A stretch of 32,296 nucleotides of DNA from an uncultured Gemmatimonadota bacterium (GTDB lineage Bacteria; GCA-2686955): the NCBI GenBank assembly GCA_964490075.1, contig CAZBBK010000067.1, positions 1 to 32,296 on the forward strand, given 5' to 3'. Positions 30,274 through 32,296 of this stretch are shown piece by piece; the first letter of the stretch is position 1; each line of letters starts with the position of its first letter. Made by a program: the position numbers and the translations under genes. Below the pieces are notes generated by a model that saw nothing but the letters and a program-made list of their open reading frames with translations, was not told the DNA's origin and did not search any database.

Positions 30274-31701
30274 ATGCTTCAGCGACAGATCCATCGGGTG
30301 AGCTTCGCCGCCGTCATCACCCTCCTCGTCACCAGCTCGCCGCTCGCCGCCGAGCTAGACCAGTACATGGGCTACCTCGACCTGCACGACGAGGATCGGG
30401 TCACCGGCCGCTTCACCATCGGACCCGACGACGAGGGGCGCCTGTGGTTCTGGACCCCGGAGGGCAACGCCTTCTTCGGCTGCGGCGTCAACAAGATGTC
30501 GAGCCACTGGATCGAAGCCTTCAACCGGCAGGACTGGGTCGACACCTACCAGGGCAACCGCTGGATCTGGGGCGAGCAGCAACGCGAGAAGCTGCTCGGG
30601 TGGTCGTTCAACAGCATCGCCTACCGCTCGATCTCCGGTCCCTCCGACGACCGTTTTCTGTTCGGCGATCCGCGTCTCTACCGGCGCATGCAGCTGCCCT
30701 ACGCCCCGGCGATCTTCTTCACCGCGCACGGCGACATCGAGCACCTGGTGCCGGGCAGCCGCGAGGACTTCCTGCGCGATCGCTATCCCGACGTGTGGAG
30801 CGACGAGTGGGCCGAGCTGGCCGACGTGCGCGCCGAGCGGCTGATCTCGCAGGTCCACTCCGATCCCTTCCTGATCGGCTACTACATGGGCGAGGAGCCG
30901 CACACCGGCTACAGCTACGAGTGGGGCAAGATCTGGGCCGACTACATCATCGATCTGTCGCCCTCGGCGCCGGGCAAGGCCGAGTGGGTGGCGATGATGG
31001 AGGAGCTCTACGTGGAGCCGGCGGAATTCAACCAGGTCTATGGCGACAGCCTCGGCTACGACATCGCCTACTTCGACGAGCTCTTCGACGTGATGGAGCT
31101 GCGCATGGTCTCCGAGGATGCCGGCGAGTTCACCGGGCGCATCATGTCGCAGTACGCCCAGGTGGCGCACTCAAAGATCCGCAAGTACGACTCCGAGCAC
31201 CTGATCCTCGGCATCCGCAACATGTGCAACCACGACCACCTGAACAAGGAGGTGCTGGACGCCTACGCCCCCTACGTCGACGCATTTTCGTTCAACGCCT
31301 ACGGCACCAATCCCGACAAGTGGGACCTCATCTACGACTACTACCAGAAGCCGATCATCATCTCGGAAACCTCGTACCTGGCCGACGACACCGGCTACAA
31401 CAACGATCCCTATCCGCGGGTGCCGAATCAGCGCCAGCGCGGCCGCACCTATCGCTGGCTGGTGACCGAGCTGGCATCCAAGCCCTTCGTCATGGGGATC
31501 TGGTGGCACGCCTACTACGACCACGGCGAAGACACCCACTGGCGCAACTGGGGGCTGATCGATCCCTTGACCGACACTCCCTACCAGCAGTTCCTCGACT
31601 ACGCCCAGCCGACCAACGAGATGCTCTTCGACATCCACAGCGGCTTGGTGGAGAAGAGCTGGTGGGGGACGCCGATCGGCCACGTGCGCGCGCCGCGCTG
31701 A
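30274..31701 (+). CDS. Secreted clan GH-A glycoside hydrolase (GH50 / agarase-like)
   Basis: Signal peptide; GRLWFWTPEG..FF..GVN, WSFNSI, DPFLIGYYMGEEP (acid/base), IRKYDSEHLILGIR, KPIIISE (nucleophile), NWGLID. Substrate unknown. Confidence 0.75.
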   Translation: MLQRQIHRVSFAAVITLLVTSSPLAAELDQYMGYLDLHDEDRVTGRFTIGPDDEGRLWFWTPEGNAFFGCGVNKMSSHWIEAFNRQDWVDTYQGNRWIWGEQQREKLLGWSFNSIAYRSISGPSDDRFLFGDPRLYRRMQLPYAPAIFFTAHGDIEHLVPGSREDFLRDRYPDVWSDEWAELADVRAERLISQVHSDPFLIGYYMGEEPHTGYSYEWGKIWADYIIDLSPSAPGKAEWVAMMEELYVEPAEFNQVYGDSLGYDIAYFDELFDVMELRMVSEDAGEFTGRIMSQYAQVAHSKIRKYDSEHLILGIRNMCNHDHLNKEVLDAYAPYVDAFSFNAYGTNPDKWDLIYDYYQKPIIISETSYLADDTGYNNDPYPRVPNQRQRGRTYRWLVTELASKPFVMGIWWHAYYDHGEDTHWRNWGLIDPLTDTPYQQFLDYAQPTNEMLFDIHSGLVEKSWWGTPIGHVRAPR

Positions 31702-31759
31702 GCGCTGCGTCTCGAGCCCGCGCCCCACGCCTCGTCGACCGGAGCTGGAGTCCGTTCCG

Positions 31760-32224
31760 TTACCGGGCGGCGCGCGCGGACCGCATCCGGGCCGGATCGT
31801 CGTCGTCGAAGAGGTCCAACCAGCCCCAGTTGCGCGGGCCGCCATAGGCGCCGAGGTCGCACTCGGGACCGTTGCGGATCCGCTCGGGCCAGTGCGGCCA
31901 GGTGTCGTAGAGGTGATCGTGTGAATCCGGATCTCCGGCGTCGATGCAGGGGGAGTCGGGGTGCAGCAGGTATTCCCAGCCGAAACGCCCCACGAAAAGC
32001 GGATCCGCGTCGATGTTGCCCACACCCTCGTGCCCGCCCTCGATGTCGCTGAAGCTGACCTCCACCGGCTCCTGATCGGACATGATGAAGACCGAAGCGA
32101 GAGTGTTGCCCCAGACAACGCTGTTGGTGAGCTTCGTCCCCCGGTTGTGGGAGCGGGATGCTCCGAACCGGCACCTTGTACGACCCCGCTCGCCGCTGCA
32201 GTGCACCTCAGCGTTCCGCGGCAT
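31760..32224 (-). pseudogene. C-terminal part of a beta-helix-type secreted protein, probably truncated
   Basis: LTNSVVWGN...FSDIEGG...GNIDADPLFV...LHPDSPCIDAGDP...DLGAYGGP from ~32137 down; the first ~29 codons look random and an in-frame stop lies upstream. Confidence 0.6.
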
Positions 32225-32281
32225 AGTGCTCTACTTTCTTGGAATCGGGCGGGCGCCCGCGGCTTGGGCCGTCGTGCAGGC

Positions 32282-32296
32282 GTGGATTCCGGCTTT
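32282..32296. repeat. REP copy cut by the window edge
   Basis: GTGGATTCCGGCTTT is identical to 14512-14526. Confidence 0.75.

Noticed and set aside
27420-31847. 1475-aa ORF and other long antisense or alternate-frame ORFs (e.g. 4841..7192, 15874..18672, 10851..12830)
   Set aside because: Arg/Ala/Pro-rich shadow frames of motif-bearing genes, expected in high-GC DNA.

Overview
High-GC bacterial genomic window with about 23 real CDS; the many long antisense ORFs in the track are shadow frames. Taxon cannot be assigned from sequence alone. The backbone encodes a GT39/TPR membrane protein, a CobB-type sirtuin, a SEC-C protein, a TPR-GAF sigma-54 activator coupled to a small secreted protein, gamma-glutamyltransferase, an RCC1-repeat protein, DinB, two PAS histidine kinases, a stand-alone receiver, M23 and S8 peptidases, a degenerate OYE flavoprotein and a GH50-like glycoside hydrolase. 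The main find is a compact sactipeptide-type RiPP cluster at 20371-23643 (minus strand). It contains a 52-aa Cys-rich precursor hidden inside a longer track ORF (CxxCxxCxxCxxC, thurincin H-like), an AlbA-like RRE/radical SAM/SPASM maturase and a two-gene ABC exporter. The cluster is lower in GC than its flanks, is bracketed by an exact 25-bp direct repeat, follows a sigma-54 promoter-like motif, and lacks a dedicated peptidase. Also present are a mirror-symmetric REP/REPIN structure, a second ~150-180 bp hairpin repeat in two copies, and two truncated beta-helix C-terminal fragments that each lie next to a REP. Family assignments rest on motif recognition and recalled reference sequences, not on database searches.
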